This document shows, one piece after another, positions 45,841 to 58,773 of a DNA stretch of 64,000 nucleotides. The notes below the pieces were generated by a model that ran no database searches, was not told where the DNA came from, and saw nothing but the letters and a program-made list of their open reading frames with translations. Numbering within the stretch: position 1 is the stretch's first letter; each line of letters begins with the position of its first letter. The stretch lies in contig NW_027271834.1 in the NCBI RefSeq assembly GCF_040938485.1, positions 248,001 through 312,000 on the forward strand, given 5' to 3'. The DNA is from Diadema antillarum (taxonomy: Eukaryota). The translations under genes and the position numbers were made by a program.

Positions 45841-46350
45841 GGACATACGTGTCCGAACTTCAGTAATTGCTACCCTCAAAGTACAGTGGAAACTCAGCAT
45901 AGCGAGATCCTTGGGACCAAGATAAGATTGTTCTCTATACACTATCAGATATTTTGTTATATATCAGTTGTAAATAAACAATATAAAACAAAGAAAACAA
46001 ATTCATTGGAACTGGAAAAATTCGTTTTTATAGCAGGTATTTTGTTATATCAGATCTCTTCATACTGAATTTCCATCTGTATAATTATGCTATGATTCTG
46101 CTTTTGTTGTGTGAGCAGTCATTTACTCAAGCTACCAGAGCATTTTCACTTCGCTTTAATAGTCTAGAACCCGCATGTACAGAATTAATTGTACATGAAA
46201 GCAGTGTGGTGAAGCAATACACGTATTAAAACTTGAATTTCAAATGAACGCAAATTCCTTGTTAAAATGAAACTGTTGCAGATGCATTCAGAATGTCATG
46301 TGTGTGGTCTGTTCATTCATGTGACGTCCTTCATGGTTTGCCCCCCCCCC

Positions 46351-46372
46351 CACACACACACACGCACGCACG

Positions 46373-46411
<39 letters not shown>
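46351..46411. repeat. (CA)n microsatellite
   Basis: Direct reading. Confidence 0.95.
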
Positions 46412-46414
<3 letters not shown>

Positions 46415-47519
46415 TAAGCTTCTGTACAAAGGTTGACCATGTGTTACGTTTTAAAGTCAAGTAGAAAATGAAAACTTACCCAAGTGAAAAACAAGTGCTA
46501 GGTTTCGTGGGCATTTAGCATTCATGTCATCGGTGCAATGCATTCTCAGTTAAACTTTATGTAATACTGGTGTATCACTAGATAATCATCGTATCCAACT
46601 CCTATAACTGCTCAAAACAGTACGAGAGATCTGTGAAAGTTGATCACCATGGACTAATGCACACATGCCAAATCACAAGCATGCACTGTATAAACAATGC
46701 CTGGCCTGACACTACTGACAGGAAAACGTTAAAACATAAATGTTCACATACGTGTATAAGTATAAAAGAAGAAAGAAACGGTAAACACAAAGGTGATATG
46801 TTTAGGCTATTTTCATCTTTATTTTCCTGCCACATTCAGAATGACAATAACGATGCTATAACACCATGCCTTGAAATGAGGGAGATTGGAAGGTACTCAA
46901 TATGTTGAATAGCGCAACATCAAGTTCAGCTGAAAACGCTTCATGTGCATTGCACAATCATGGACCTACTACACATGGATGGTCATCACTCGTTAATGAA
47001 TTAATTCATGCACCTATTTCTGTCGAAAGCATTAAAATAACATTTTACACATGCTTTCCTGTTGAGATCTTTCATTTCCACCAACAGCCAGTCTGTATAA
47101 GAACAAGATGGCAAGTTGAGAAATCTAAAAACAACATGGTAGGGGGGAAAAAATCTTTAAAATCAAATAAAGATGTATGTGCAGTTGTAATGCATATTAA
47201 GGTATCATTGCGATTTCATTTACGAAATGCACAGGTACATTGTACTTCACAAGAGAAAGCAAATATTTTGGCATGGTGATTGCAATTTGAAATGTAATTT
47301 TTCCCATTTCTCACACATTGTTTTTAGAGACAGCAACGGTAGATGACATGCATGCTATATCATTCAGCAACTAATGTGCACAAATGTCCACTTCAGTAAC
47401 AGCCAATTTTGTGACAGGAAAATTGCCATGTTTTGAAGTTCTTTGCTCCCTTCCATTGGTGTTTATTCAAATGCAGTTGAGTCTGGAAAGGCACCTCAGC
47501 CAAATAAGATCGCAACATA

Positions 47520-47821
47520 GGCGTTTTCACATCAGCCCGATAAAAATCCAAGCTCGAGATATTTTTCGCGATCGCAATTTAGCGCTCTATTTCGTTTCCT
47601 ATTCACATCAGCCCGAACATTATCAAATAGCGCGCTAGTTCGCATAAATTATCCTGCTATTTCGGAAATTTCCCGAGTTGGACTCGAGAAATTTCCTCGA
47701 TCAATTAGCGCGCTAATTTGTATTCACATTATCAAATAGCACGCTATTTCGTGATCGGGTTAATTTCCCAAGTCAGAAAATAGCGCGCTACTTCGAAACA
47801 TCGGGCTGATGTGAAAACGCC
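47520..47821. mobile_element. MITE with 22-bp perfect TIR (PIF/Harbinger-like ends)
   Basis: GGCGTTTTCACATCAGCCCGAT ... ATCGGGCTGATGTGAAAACGCC flanked by TA; internal TAGCGCGCTA repeats. Confidence 0.8.
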
Positions 47822-47849
47822 TAGGGAGGGAAACGGTCATGATTACACA

Positions 47850-48936
47850 TAGTCCATGGGCCAAGACCCGAAAAATGGGTTGTTGGTACCATCTGAGGTG
47901 GCACAACCTTTTTGGTGTCAGTTTGTTTGTCGGGCATAGATATGCTTATCAAGCTATGATAGCATTTCCAAATGAGTAGCTTAGTCATGATAAATGAATT
48001 TTTAACCAATTTGGTCTCGTTTTTATATTCCTATACTTCTGAATCGAAACTAAACCGCTATACAAAGAAGAGCACTGCCTTCTGTATGTCCACAGGTGTT
48101 CTGTTATAAACGCGGTGCGCTTAGTCTTTATTCAAGGCAGCGAAGGGAATATCCAAAGGGTTATGATGTCCACAGCTGTCACGCGGTGCGCTTAGTCTTT
48201 ATCTAGACCAATGTACCGTTATCATATCTAAAGTTCCTCATAAAAGGGATTATCTATACTGTTTTTATACTACCCTATCAACAAATACATCAGTTTTAAA
48301 CAAAAATCACTCTGTTCATTTACAATATCATTCATTATAATGTATCGTAGTGTACCGGTACATTGTTTTTGCATTATCTTATATTGTTGGAGGGAAATAA
48401 AGCGACATTGGCGTGGTATCAGCGTTTTCACCGTAGCGTTTTCGCCGAAAAATGATAAATAATTGAAAGATACGGTAAAATTCACGAGGAATTGCTTTTG
48501 TTGTTGTTGTTGTTTTTAGATAAAAGGATATACACTGTATCATACGCTTTGGATATTCCCTTCGCCGTCTAGAATAAACACTAAGCGCTGTGGACATCAT
48601 AACCTTTGGATATTCCCTTCGCTGCCTTGAATAAAGACTAAGCGCACCGCGTTTACAATAGAACACCTGTGAACATACCATAGAGCTGCATTTTACAGCT
48701 CTATGGAACATACAGAAGACAGTGCTCTTCTTTGTATAGCGGTTAGTTTCGATTCAGAAGTATAGGGATATAACAATGAGACCAAATTGGTTAAAAATTC
48801 ATTTACTATGACTAAGCTACTCATTTGGAAATGCTATCATAGCTTGATAAGCATATCTATGCCCGACAAACAAAATGACACCAAAAAGGTTTTGCCACCT
48901 CAGATGGTACCAATATCTGGCCTGGCCCATGGACTA
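47850..48936. mobile_element. Academ-like non-autonomous element with ~360-bp TIRs
   Basis: ACA|TAGTCCATGGGCCA ... TGGCCCATGGACTA|ACA (TAG...CTA ends, 3-bp TSD). Arms ~47850-48208 and ~48567-48936 are near reverse complements. Confidence 0.85.
48679..48705. mobile_element. 27-bp palindromic micro-insertion with 8-bp TSD
   Basis: GAACATAC|CATAGAGCTGCATTTTACAGCTCTATG|GAACATAC; absent from the mirror position in the left Academ arm. Confidence 0.7.
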
Positions 48937-50097
48937 ACAATCATCGATCATTGTCCAAACATCTGAATGTACTTATTAAGATGCACATAATCAGGTGCCG
49001 GCGGTGATGATGGGATCAAAGAAAGACATTCCTTCAGTCCATCACCATACATGTAGCAGGTCTGCGGTACAATCATACAACAAACCGTCGAGTTGTACAT
49101 GTACATGCAGAATCCATGCATACTGCCGATGAGGTTAATCTGTTAACTACAACCTGTAACTTACATAACATAAAATATAATTTCACATTTTATATCTAGT
49201 TACTGTATGACACTTTACACTTCTAAGGCACATTTTTGTATCTTTCTTTTTTTTCGGGGGGGGGGGGGTCAGGAAGTAAATACTCCACTTAAGAAAAGCA
49301 TACAAACATGTCATGAAGGGATGTTTGAGCTACACTAAAAATTACACTGTATCTTTCTTTGCACGGATTTATCAATGCTTGTGAACTTGAACATGACCAT
49401 AATTATGAATATTGTGGGATCAGGAGTACATGTGACATAAATCAAGGACATTGAAATCCTTGAGACACAAAGTCAAGGGATAAGTACATACAAGTGGACA
49501 AGTAGCAATCATTGGACATAGAATTTCTTAGTCACATTCAAGGATCATTCATAACATATGCCATAGTACCATATATGCATTGTTGTATTCAAGTATGTGT
49601 ACGTCTATCTCTAGAATCACGGAAGGACACATGCACAAAGAATGACATTAGAATTTACATATGAGCACAACATCCACTGAAAATAGTCCAAACCCAGGAG
49701 AGTTAAAATTGTTTTGATTTATTATAAGCCTGCATGGGATTTTCCCCCCTATTTTCCCCCCATTTTTAAAATACGTTAGTTGGGTTTTGTTTTTGTTTTG
49801 TTTTTGATCGGGATGGGGGAAGGGTGAAAGGATAAAAGAAGTTTTCATATTGTGATGATGTGCATTCTTGAACCTAGTATTTACCGATAAGTCTTCTCAA
49901 CAGTATAATATGTTGCATATGGGGAAGGGGGGGGGGGGGGAGATGAGGATAAAAAAAATACCAAGAATTCATCGCGATAATGAGATAACCCCAACTGAAA
50001 TACGAAATACCAATGTGAGAAGGTTCCTTGTCAGATCTTTTACTGGTTTAAGGACAAAAGAGGTAACTGAACTATACAGCATCGCTGTCAGAAGTTA

Positions 50098-53000
50098 TCA
50101 GCGCTTTTCAATCAGTCGTAGTTGCTTCTTCTTCATTCTTTTCAGCTTAGCTGTATTCCGAATCTGGAAAAAAAAAAAGAAACATATGAACACAATTGTG
50201 CTGGAGCACATCGTAGTAGATTTAGTCAACAATTTATGTATGCACTTTATACACATGTACATGATGTATTATGCAAGATCGGGAAATCACATACATGTAT
50301 CAAATTGGTCATAGCAACAATTTTGAAGGAAGGCACATTGAATGTTCTCCAGTCCTGTAAAATACCTTGCACCTTAAACTTTATGTTTGTAGCCATTTGT
50401 CTGAACTTCTTATTAACAAAGTACATTGGAGTACTCGTTTGCATTTCTATTCAGGTTTTGTTTTCACAGCAAGTGTGTTTCCTTGTTGGGATTGAGTGAT
50501 TTCATGATCGGTTTCCCATCTCAATCCACTGTAATCAATACTGCAGCATTAACTCATTTATAAAAATTGAAAGCATATCTTAACCTCTTCGTATCCATCA
50601 AAAGTACAGATACAAGGATTAGCTCTGAGTATTAACCCTATTCTAACTGGGGGGGGGGGTCAAATTGACCCCCCCCCCGACATTTCGCGCCACAATTCCG
50701 CAACGCGCAAAGATTTTGCCGCGTCGTTTCATGACTTTTTTCATTGAAGTCTCCCGCATATTTTGAGACCAAATTTGCGACGTCCGGGTAGGCCATTCTG
50801 AAGTTACGCAATGTTTTGCACATGCATGTCAACCCGAAAACAGCTTAAATTCATGATCTCGTGTGCAAATCCGATGCAAATTGTGTTTTTTTGTTTAATC
50901 GATATAAATTAGATTATTTCAACTTTTGAACATTGAAATTATCAATTCTAATGTAGATAAGCTTGAAAAAGTGCCTGCAACAAATTTTGGCAAAAAAACA
51001 ATAAAAAACATAAGGTCGAAAAAACAATAAAATACATAAGAAATTAACAAAACAATAAGAAACAAAAGAAACTGATTTTGATTGCGCTATTTTTTTACAA
51101 GAAAATTGTTTGATGTATCTTGAGGAACTCTGACACAAAAATTTAGCAATCCTTCATTCTTTTTGATGGATTTATAGGTGAAAATATGATTTCATGTGTA
51201 AATTTGCATAGTTAATTTATTAAAAAATATAAAATCATCATTTCTCTATTGTATGACCATGAAGTCTTTTAGTTGACATCCGGCTCTATGTTCAGGCAAA
51301 ATTTTGCGGCGATCGGGCGATCGGCGGCCGAGATCTGAAGGGGGGGTCAAATTGACCCCCCCAGTAAAAACTTGGTCTCAAATAGCCCAGTTAGAATAGG
51401 GTTAAAGGAATGACTGGTGGTCCTGACAACCTTGTTGTAACGGGGGTCCTCTGTATGACAAAACAATAAAATGATAATACATTGTATACAAATACATATA
51501 TCATGTTTGTGCATTTATATGTGTTTCAGAGTGCCTGGGATGCTGAATGATTGCCTTTACAGTTAAATCAAACTGGTATGGGTTGACCTACCACTTGAAC
51601 AACTTCAGATTTTTTCTGGTTTTCCTCTCTCCTTTGCCTGTGCTCCTCTCTTCGTTGCTTCTTAAGCTGTTGGACAGAGGAAGAAACAGAACAAATAAAA
51701 AATAACTTCTCAGAGAGCATAAGATCCATAATAAGCAAATACAAACGTAACCACATTGTCTCAAAAGAATGTATACAACCCCCAGAGAATAATTATATTC
51801 AATGACAACTGCACAGAAAGTATAAACTTGTATTACCTGTATCATGTGAAATGGGAGAAACTGTCTTTATGTGCATTTGTAGGTCATACCTCAGAAATTT
51901 GTATCCTTAGAGTCTTGTTATGTATTGAATGTGATGTGCATAAAATGAAGCAGAATATTTTTCAGTCAATTCTTCAATTGAATTAAGAATCTCTAGGGAT
52001 GAAGGGCATTACATCGATTACAAAAAAAAAAAGAAAAACAAAACAAAAACAACTTACTATATCTGTAATTAGAAAAGCACTCAAGACCTCCACCAAGCCA
52101 GCAACTCTTTTCCATACATGCATGAAATTTCCCAAAATAGAAGCATTTTGTTTACGCCATTTCATGGTGCCTTGCCCGAGCAGAACATGCACTTGAGTGC
52201 GCGTATGCAAACCTCCAGTACGCACAGCCTGAACCCCAAGTTTGTTGACCTTGTATGCCAAAAGATGAAAAATCCTTCAAAAAATCCATAAAAATCCCCG
52301 GATCACTACCAAAATGGAATGAGGTCTTCCTTGTGCCAATAACGACTTTTCATGCAAGTTTCATTTTAATCCGCACACAACTTTTACCTCCTTAACTTCC
52401 CCCTTCCTTGGTAGAGGTAATAAATACACTGTATCAATCATTTCTCTTTTAATACAATAACAAAGCAATAGGACACTTTGTGAAGCAAAGCATACTCCAT
52501 ACTGTAGTGACAATTGTTTTTTGTGTGGCCTGAACAAAAATATACTATTCACTGTATATAATGTATGTCACACATATAGGACAGCACATTGCGTAATAAG
52601 AATGTCTGGTACACTAGCCACTTTATCAGCAGAATTTCAACCATCCAAATCCACATGGCTTATTACATTGGGAAAAACAAAACAGCAACATCAAAGATTT
52701 TTAAAAGCCTAGACCCAATCTCCCACCTAATGGCTAGAGAGTGCTCCTCCTGAATTTATGAATTGATGTCAAACATGTGCAATGCAAGTGAAGCTGAAAG
52801 GATTACCGGTATTTATTTATGCCTGCATCTGATAAAAAGTTTTAAATGGGAAGCTTTGATACCTGCAGTTTAACTCAATGGAGTTTACTGTCTTAGTACC
52901 TCCTCCATAGTAGAAACTTGAATTCAGTGATTTGCACTCAATGAAAATAGATTTTGTGAAAGCACACAAAATTCATTGTCAGGTTGCATCAAATGCACTG

Positions 53001-56000
53001 ATACATTCAAATCATTACCCCCCCCCCCAAAAAAAAAAAAAAAGACATCCTCTCGAGCAATATTGCAGTGTTTAACCCATCGAGGATGGGCTGATTTTGC
53101 TACAACACGCATTTCCCATAGACACTTGCCCGAGTATGGAGCTCGTCCTCAACGGTTTAATCTCCGCTAATACATGTACATACTGGCAATGCTTACCTCG
53201 ATTGCTTCACGTCTGGCATCAATCAGTTCTTGCTGGTACTTCCGAACGGAGAGTTTCTCTGCTTTCTGGGCCATTTTCAGTTGCCATGACGTTTTCAGAG
53301 GCTTGTCCTTGCGCAAATCGGAAAATCTGAAGAGATAACGATATTAGATGTGTTGAAGTTGAACATGGACCCATATATCCACAATCCTCCAGTTTACCAT
53401 AGAGGTGATTTGTGCATTTAATTGTTGTGATAATGTGCTGTACACGGTACAACATGTACATGTGGCTGAGACTAGTGAAACACAAGTATTCCACAAACAG
53501 CTTGTCCATATTGTCTCTTTTTTTCATCACGATTATATGAATGCAATGTAGAGAATACATGTATGCAGGGTACACAATATTATTTAGTACGCAAGGAGAG
53601 AGTGTGTGTGTGTGTGTGTGTATACATGTACACGAACATTGCACATATACAATGTACATAAAGCTGTTTTCTTTGCCTGTCAATCTTTGTGCGCGTTAAC
53701 GCATTTGGGAAGTTACTGTAAGTTAACTTACAAAAACACACCCTTTTGATATTTTACACTACATGTAGCACAGCAAGTTTCATGTACCGGTAATCTGTAT
53801 TACAGTCCTAATGCATCCGTGATATACAGTGTACATTGTATGTAGACTCCATAGCTTGCTGAATGTGGTAGTAACCAGTGCACACAGCCAGATACAGTGT
53901 ACACGTACCACAATTTTTCAATTTTTTCAATTTTTTCAATTTTTTTTCCCCCAGGAACATATGCCTTACATATTCTACATAGCCAGTTCAGGTCACAACG
54001 AAAATTTGAACATCCTGTTTACTGTGGATGACCCACTGCATTAAACTCCAGAACACACAACCATATTTCTATCTCGATGGTCTCACCTTGCCGTCTGCTC
54101 CGTTTTCCATTTTCTTCCAGACTTTGGCCTCCCCTTCATCTGTCTTTTCATGATTGACTCCTTCTTGTATGCCTCTTTGGCATTTCTCGCTATCTCCTCA
54201 TGCAATCTCCTGACCTCTGATGGGTCCATCTCTTTCTCCTCTGCCACATTATTACTCTCCTCGTCACCATGACAACTACCACGTTTCTGTCGAGAGGAAT
54301 CCGGAGGTGTTTTGGTGCTTTGCACTGATTCGCTGGTTGCAATTTTCTCAGTCAATTTTCCCACATGTTTTTCATGCTTTGATGATAAAGCAGGGCTTGA
54401 AGAATCAGATGCTACCTTTCCTTTGTGAACCACTGATCCACCTGTAGTTTTGCACGTGCCCTGTGCAGCATCTGTATTGATTCCTACTTGGTCAAGTGAC
54501 TTTGAGGTGGACTTGGGATGACTTGATTCTAGAAAGAGACAATGAAAAGGCGACAATGAATTCTGACAAGATAGCATATACACAGTTGTATGTGTATCTA
54601 ATGACTTCTTTATAATGTACAGAAACTGGAGCATCTACAGAGACTCCAACCCAAAACACCTTCTGATCTGGAGATTCTTCCGCCTGAAACCCCTAGCAAA
54701 CGGGAGATTCCAACTTGATGTGTGCGAAGCGCGAAGTTCCTAGGGTTCTAGATGCTCTCTTGTGCTATCTAAGGCTTATTTTTTCAACACACGATAGAAA
54801 TAAGTAAGAAATCCTTTCCAACGGGAGACAAAGAGCCAGGGCAGGAGAAATTAAATCTCAAACGGGAGAACGGGAGATTTTGCAAAAATGGGTTTTCGCC
54901 GGGAGATCTCCCGTCGAAAACGGGAGAGTTGGAGTCTCTGCATCTACTCTGTGGACAGTTATACATACAATTGTACATGGATTGCAATTGATGACTTCGA
55001 GAAGAAACACATTGAGAGACAGGCAGTCTTTCTATATCCTTTTTATACGCAGTGAAGCATCATCTTTTAATTCAAATTCTAACAAGAGTACAATCATCTG
55101 AATCCATAAACCTCTTGTACTTCAAACAGATGAGGTGTTTGTGCAATCTAATGTTCATTTATAATTATATATAAATGTATTCTTTTTTAACAGCACTCAC
55201 TGTGAATACAGATTCCAGAGACTGTTAAAACTAGAGCCTGTCAAAAAGCAGTTCACAGAAAAACCTTTTCAACGCATTGTGCCTTAATACATAGTTACAC
55301 TTGAATCAACCATATATATATCTTCATACTTGACATAATCGTATAGTACAATGACCTCCTGTATAACAAACATTGACCTTACAATGTTATTCTTGCGTCA
55401 ACAAAGCAAAAATTCAGTTTCAAAAATCACTATTCTATGATATACAATATACACTGTATATCTCTTTACATACTAAAATGTTTTCTGAAAAAAGAAAGAA
55501 AGAATGAATAAGTGCATAACAGTATACCAAATGAAAAATGCTGGTCCCAAGAACCTTGTTACAGTAGGAGTTGCCTGCATTGCAAATTTGTCTAAAACTC
55601 TCAAGTAAAGTACATGTATTTACAGTGACATTGTCACTGAATACCATCAAAGTCAGTCTGCAACATGTTATTCCATGTTAAAGGCATTAAAGTTGATTTT
55701 CTTATAGTGGAACTACTGGGGCAGGTTTATAAGAAAAATCTGTGAATTGCAGGTTTAACAAATCAGAAGGCAGACAGAAAGACAAACACACTGTTTGTAA
55801 ACAACAACAAAGAACTAAACAGCAAAAAAGTTGTATTATAATCCATGATTTGTGACCCTGCATTACAAAACCGACAAAAAGTCGCCAGACATCGATTTTT
55901 ACACAGTTCCTCCAAAGGACAGATACTGAGAGAGCAGACTCTAAGCTCTAAAATGATATTTATCAAATTACCATTAAAAGTTCATAAAAATTAAAATTGG

Positions 56001-58135
56001 ACTTCCCTAACCCATCTACAAAATGGACAGAATGCAATTGCACATACTCTGGAAAAGTGCTGCTGAGAAAAGAGGCTTTGAACTTTAGATTAGGGTCTAC
56101 AGTACAAGTATATTCAAGCACTTAATCTCACAAAGCTGCACTCTGTCCTTTGAATGGGACAAAAAACAGGATGTACATCTTGTAATACTCAGTAGCAACC
56201 ACAATGAAGGGATTATCGGATTAAGCTGTGAAAATCTTGGACACTCAAGAAGCACATTCTATTCATACTAACTTTCAAGGCAGTGGCTTCATCTTTTCAA
56301 AAGTTATTAGAGATGAAAGTGAAGATGTTCAGGGTTTTGTTTTGTTTTGTTTTTTAATTGATACGGAGCACCAAAGACTTACCTAATCACACAATTACAC
56401 AATTCTACAAAAAAGAAAAAACTCTGCTCTAAAAAAATTGCAAAAAACACAATTGTCCATTTGTTAATCATTATGATCTCAAACTTTCGAATAATGCAGA
56501 AGAATTGCACGGTCATGAAATATAAAAAGCTTAAGATTGACTAGGTTGACCCTTCACATCTTCAGTGGCTTCATTAAGTCCTCACATAAAATTGGCTTAT
56601 AAATGCGACTTTGGTTTTGAGATGCACAGTAACATGTTTATTTTATAATTAATAAATCCTGTTTTATAATTCTTTAATTAATAACAAATGCACAATTATT
56701 AATGAAAGTCATGTTTTGAGCCAAAATTTGACAATAATTTACAAACTCTAACCCTTTCTCCAACAACTCTGCACTATAGTCTCTGCATCATAGTTTAGTC
56801 TACAACTCTGTATATCTTGTAAAGGATACAGTGTATGTACAATTGTACATATGATACACAGGATATTTACATAAATGGGCCATCACAACAATACTCATCT
56901 ATCGATTCTATGATCTATAGTCCACCTTCATAGACACGTGGATTGAGTAAATGCAACAATATTAGTATAACACATCAGTGAAAATTTGGGGAAAATTGGA
57001 CAATCCGTTCAAAAGTTAAGAATTTTTAAAGTATCTGTGCAGTCACTGCTGGATGAGAAGACTACTGCAGTGTATTATGTCACATGCGTACAACGATATA
57101 AGGAAAATAAAAAGAGAATTTCACAAAACTTCACTTTTTTAATAAAGTGCACATTTCTTCAACTTTAATACTGACGTATGTTATTGTTAAGGGTAATATT
57201 ATTTCCCCTGCCTTCTGAAAGACAGCAGTCAAGTATTCTTTTGTTATGCGAGTAAAGTGAAAATATGTTGATTTTTCTTTTTTATTTCTTTACAGCATGT
57301 ATATTGTTGTACACATGTGACATCACAACAAGCTATAGTAGTCTTCTCATCCAGCCGTGACTGAGCTGAAACTTCAAGAATTCATAACTTTTGAACGGAT
57401 TGTCCAATTTTCCTCAAACTCTCACTGATGTATGTAGAACATAATAATTGCGGCATTCATTCAACCCACACAGATATGAAGGTGGACTTGTCCTTTAACT
57501 GGTTGTGGCAAAAAAACAAAAACAAACAAACAAACAAACAAAAAACTTTTAGCATGTTTAGTGAAATCGAACAATGTGATGTGTTCTTAAATACTGTAGA
57601 ATAAATAAAAGAAAAAAAAGGGGGGGGGGGAGAGAATAGGGTAAACGCACATGATACCGAAATTGCATTTAGTAATAATAGTCTAGATCTAGACCAGTTC
57701 TTTGTTTCTTGCAACTATTTATGCTTCTTAAGAGTTAAGTTCTTGTGTCTGGTACCACTCTATTGCCTATTAAAATCTGTGTTGTTTTGGCACATATCAC
57801 CTATTTGAAACGCTCAACTGGCACGCCAAGGTGCAGGCTGCAGTGAGCTGAGAAACACCAGCAATAGGCAGCATCTACATGATATTTCACAGCGACACTG
57901 TACTTTCATACATCACAGTCCACCTAAAGAAATAAAACGTTGTTAGTGGGTCCAATCACAGCTCCCACTTGAACGGGCACGTCCCCACAGCCACTGCACA
58001 GGGCATATCTGTACAACTTTTTCAAGAAAACAAAAATATCAGTTGTAATAAATTAGTTCCCTTACCACTTCCTTCAGCCACTGAATTTGACTCCGCAGCT
58101 TTGAGTCTGGAGCTTCGTCTTGTGCCAACAACCAT
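50098..58135 (-). CDS. CCDC86: Coiled-coil domain-containing protein 86 (Cgr1 family, nucleolar / ribosome biogenesis), 260 aa
   Basis: Minus-strand exons 58135-58066 (MVVGTRRSSRLK...), 54528-54087, 53326-53197, 51666-51592, 50163-50098 (783 nt); phases are compatible. The C-terminus KGRPKSGRKWK...[15 protein letters not shown]...[35 protein letters not shown] matches the recalled CCDC86/Cgr1 signature. Exon 1 is the least certain part. Confidence 0.9.
50636..51401. mobile_element. piggyBac-like non-autonomous element in the last CCDC86 intron
   Basis: TTAA|CCCTATTCTAACTGGG ... CCCAGTTAGAATAGGG|TTAA (perfect 16-bp TIR); subterminal GGGGGGTCAAATTGACCCCCC palindromes at both ends. Confidence 0.9.
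53076..53156. mobile_element. 81-bp mini piggyBac-like element
   Basis: TTAA|CCCATCGAGGATGGG ... CTCGTCCTCAACGGT|TTAA; TIR 10/15 match. Confidence 0.55.
54638..54940. mobile_element. hAT-like MITE with AACGGGAGA subterminal repeats
   Basis: TIR CAGAGACTCCAAC / GTTGGAGTCTCTG flanked by duplicated CATCTA (or GCATCTAC if the terminal base is counted in the TSD); several (A)CGGGAGA motifs. Confidence 0.75.
56915..57494. mobile_element. Kolobok-like long-TIR element in CCDC86 intron 1
   Basis: Right end GAAGGTGGACTTGTCCT|TTAA; left AGTCCACCTTCAT (outer bases lost); ~120-bp inverted arms including GGAAAATTGGACAATCCGTTCAAAAGTTA. Confidence 0.7.
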
Positions 58136-58477
58136 GATGATTTTGAGCAAAACTCCAAGAGCAATGACCTACCTAACTGGTGGGTAAGTGCAAGTGTTTA
58201 GTGTTAGACACCAATTGCAATACAAAATGTATGTACAGGGATACAGTGTACTGTATGTATGTCACGGCACACGCACGTGCTGTCTATCAGCCACATTAGA
58301 CATCACACTGTACAGTACTCAATCTAGCCTGCTTTCCAGGCAAGTGTAGCATGTATCCCCAATTGTCAGTGATTATTTATAACGACAAAAAGACACAAGT
58401 CAACGTCGATTCCAATGAACATCTACATATTTTTGGAGCTTATTATCATTATTTCTATTTCATTTGATATTACTCAC

Positions 58478-58773
58478 CTATTTCATATCAATTTTTTCGA
58501 GGGACGAGGAAAGAAGTGTCGAACTATCAAAGTAGCCTGCCGAACTGTACCACGATTTGTTTTGTTGACGATAAGTCTGGCACCCATAGCTTGACCCTTG
58601 ATACCCTCCATACGTAATCACGTTGCTCAACACATGTCACCCGGTATTCGGTCGTAATCCAGAATCAACGGTGTCGCGGTGTTTTTCCTGGACGAGCGCA
58701 GTGGCAGTGAACGTCACCGAACGACCACACAAATGCAGCGCGGCGGTACTACCGGTGCGTGATTTGCCGGGTG
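58478..58773. promoter_or_regulatory. Candidate bidirectional promoter and first non-coding exons (CCDC86 on minus; divergent plus-strand transcript)
   Basis: Minus-strand donor TAG|GTGAGT at 58478/58477 pairs with acceptor CCCACCAG at 58177, just upstream of the CCDC86 ATG. A plus-strand donor GTG|GTGAGT lies at 58773/58774. The stretch between them is CpG-rich. Confidence 0.4.

Noticed and set aside
49868-50314. 148-aa plus-strand ORF
   Set aside because: It is antisense to the last CCDC86 coding exon, low complexity, and has no recognisable motif.
53219-53683. 154-aa minus-strand ORF
   Set aside because: It overlaps a CCDC86 exon in the wrong frame; the real exon (53326-53197) is in another frame and the rest is intron with a microsatellite.
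54083-54634. Calling the minus-strand gene CCDC59/TAP26, or starting it at the ORF-track start codon
   Set aside because: Downstream exons ([22 protein letters not shown]) fit CCDC86/Cgr1, and the first ~35 codons of the ORF are intronic (acceptor at 54529, with a MITE just upstream).
50164-58065. Intronic snoRNAs in CCDC86
   Set aside because: One C-box-like motif on the minus strand (~53525) had no properly spaced D box or terminal stem. H/ACA RNAs cannot be excluded by eye; an Infernal/Rfam scan is needed.
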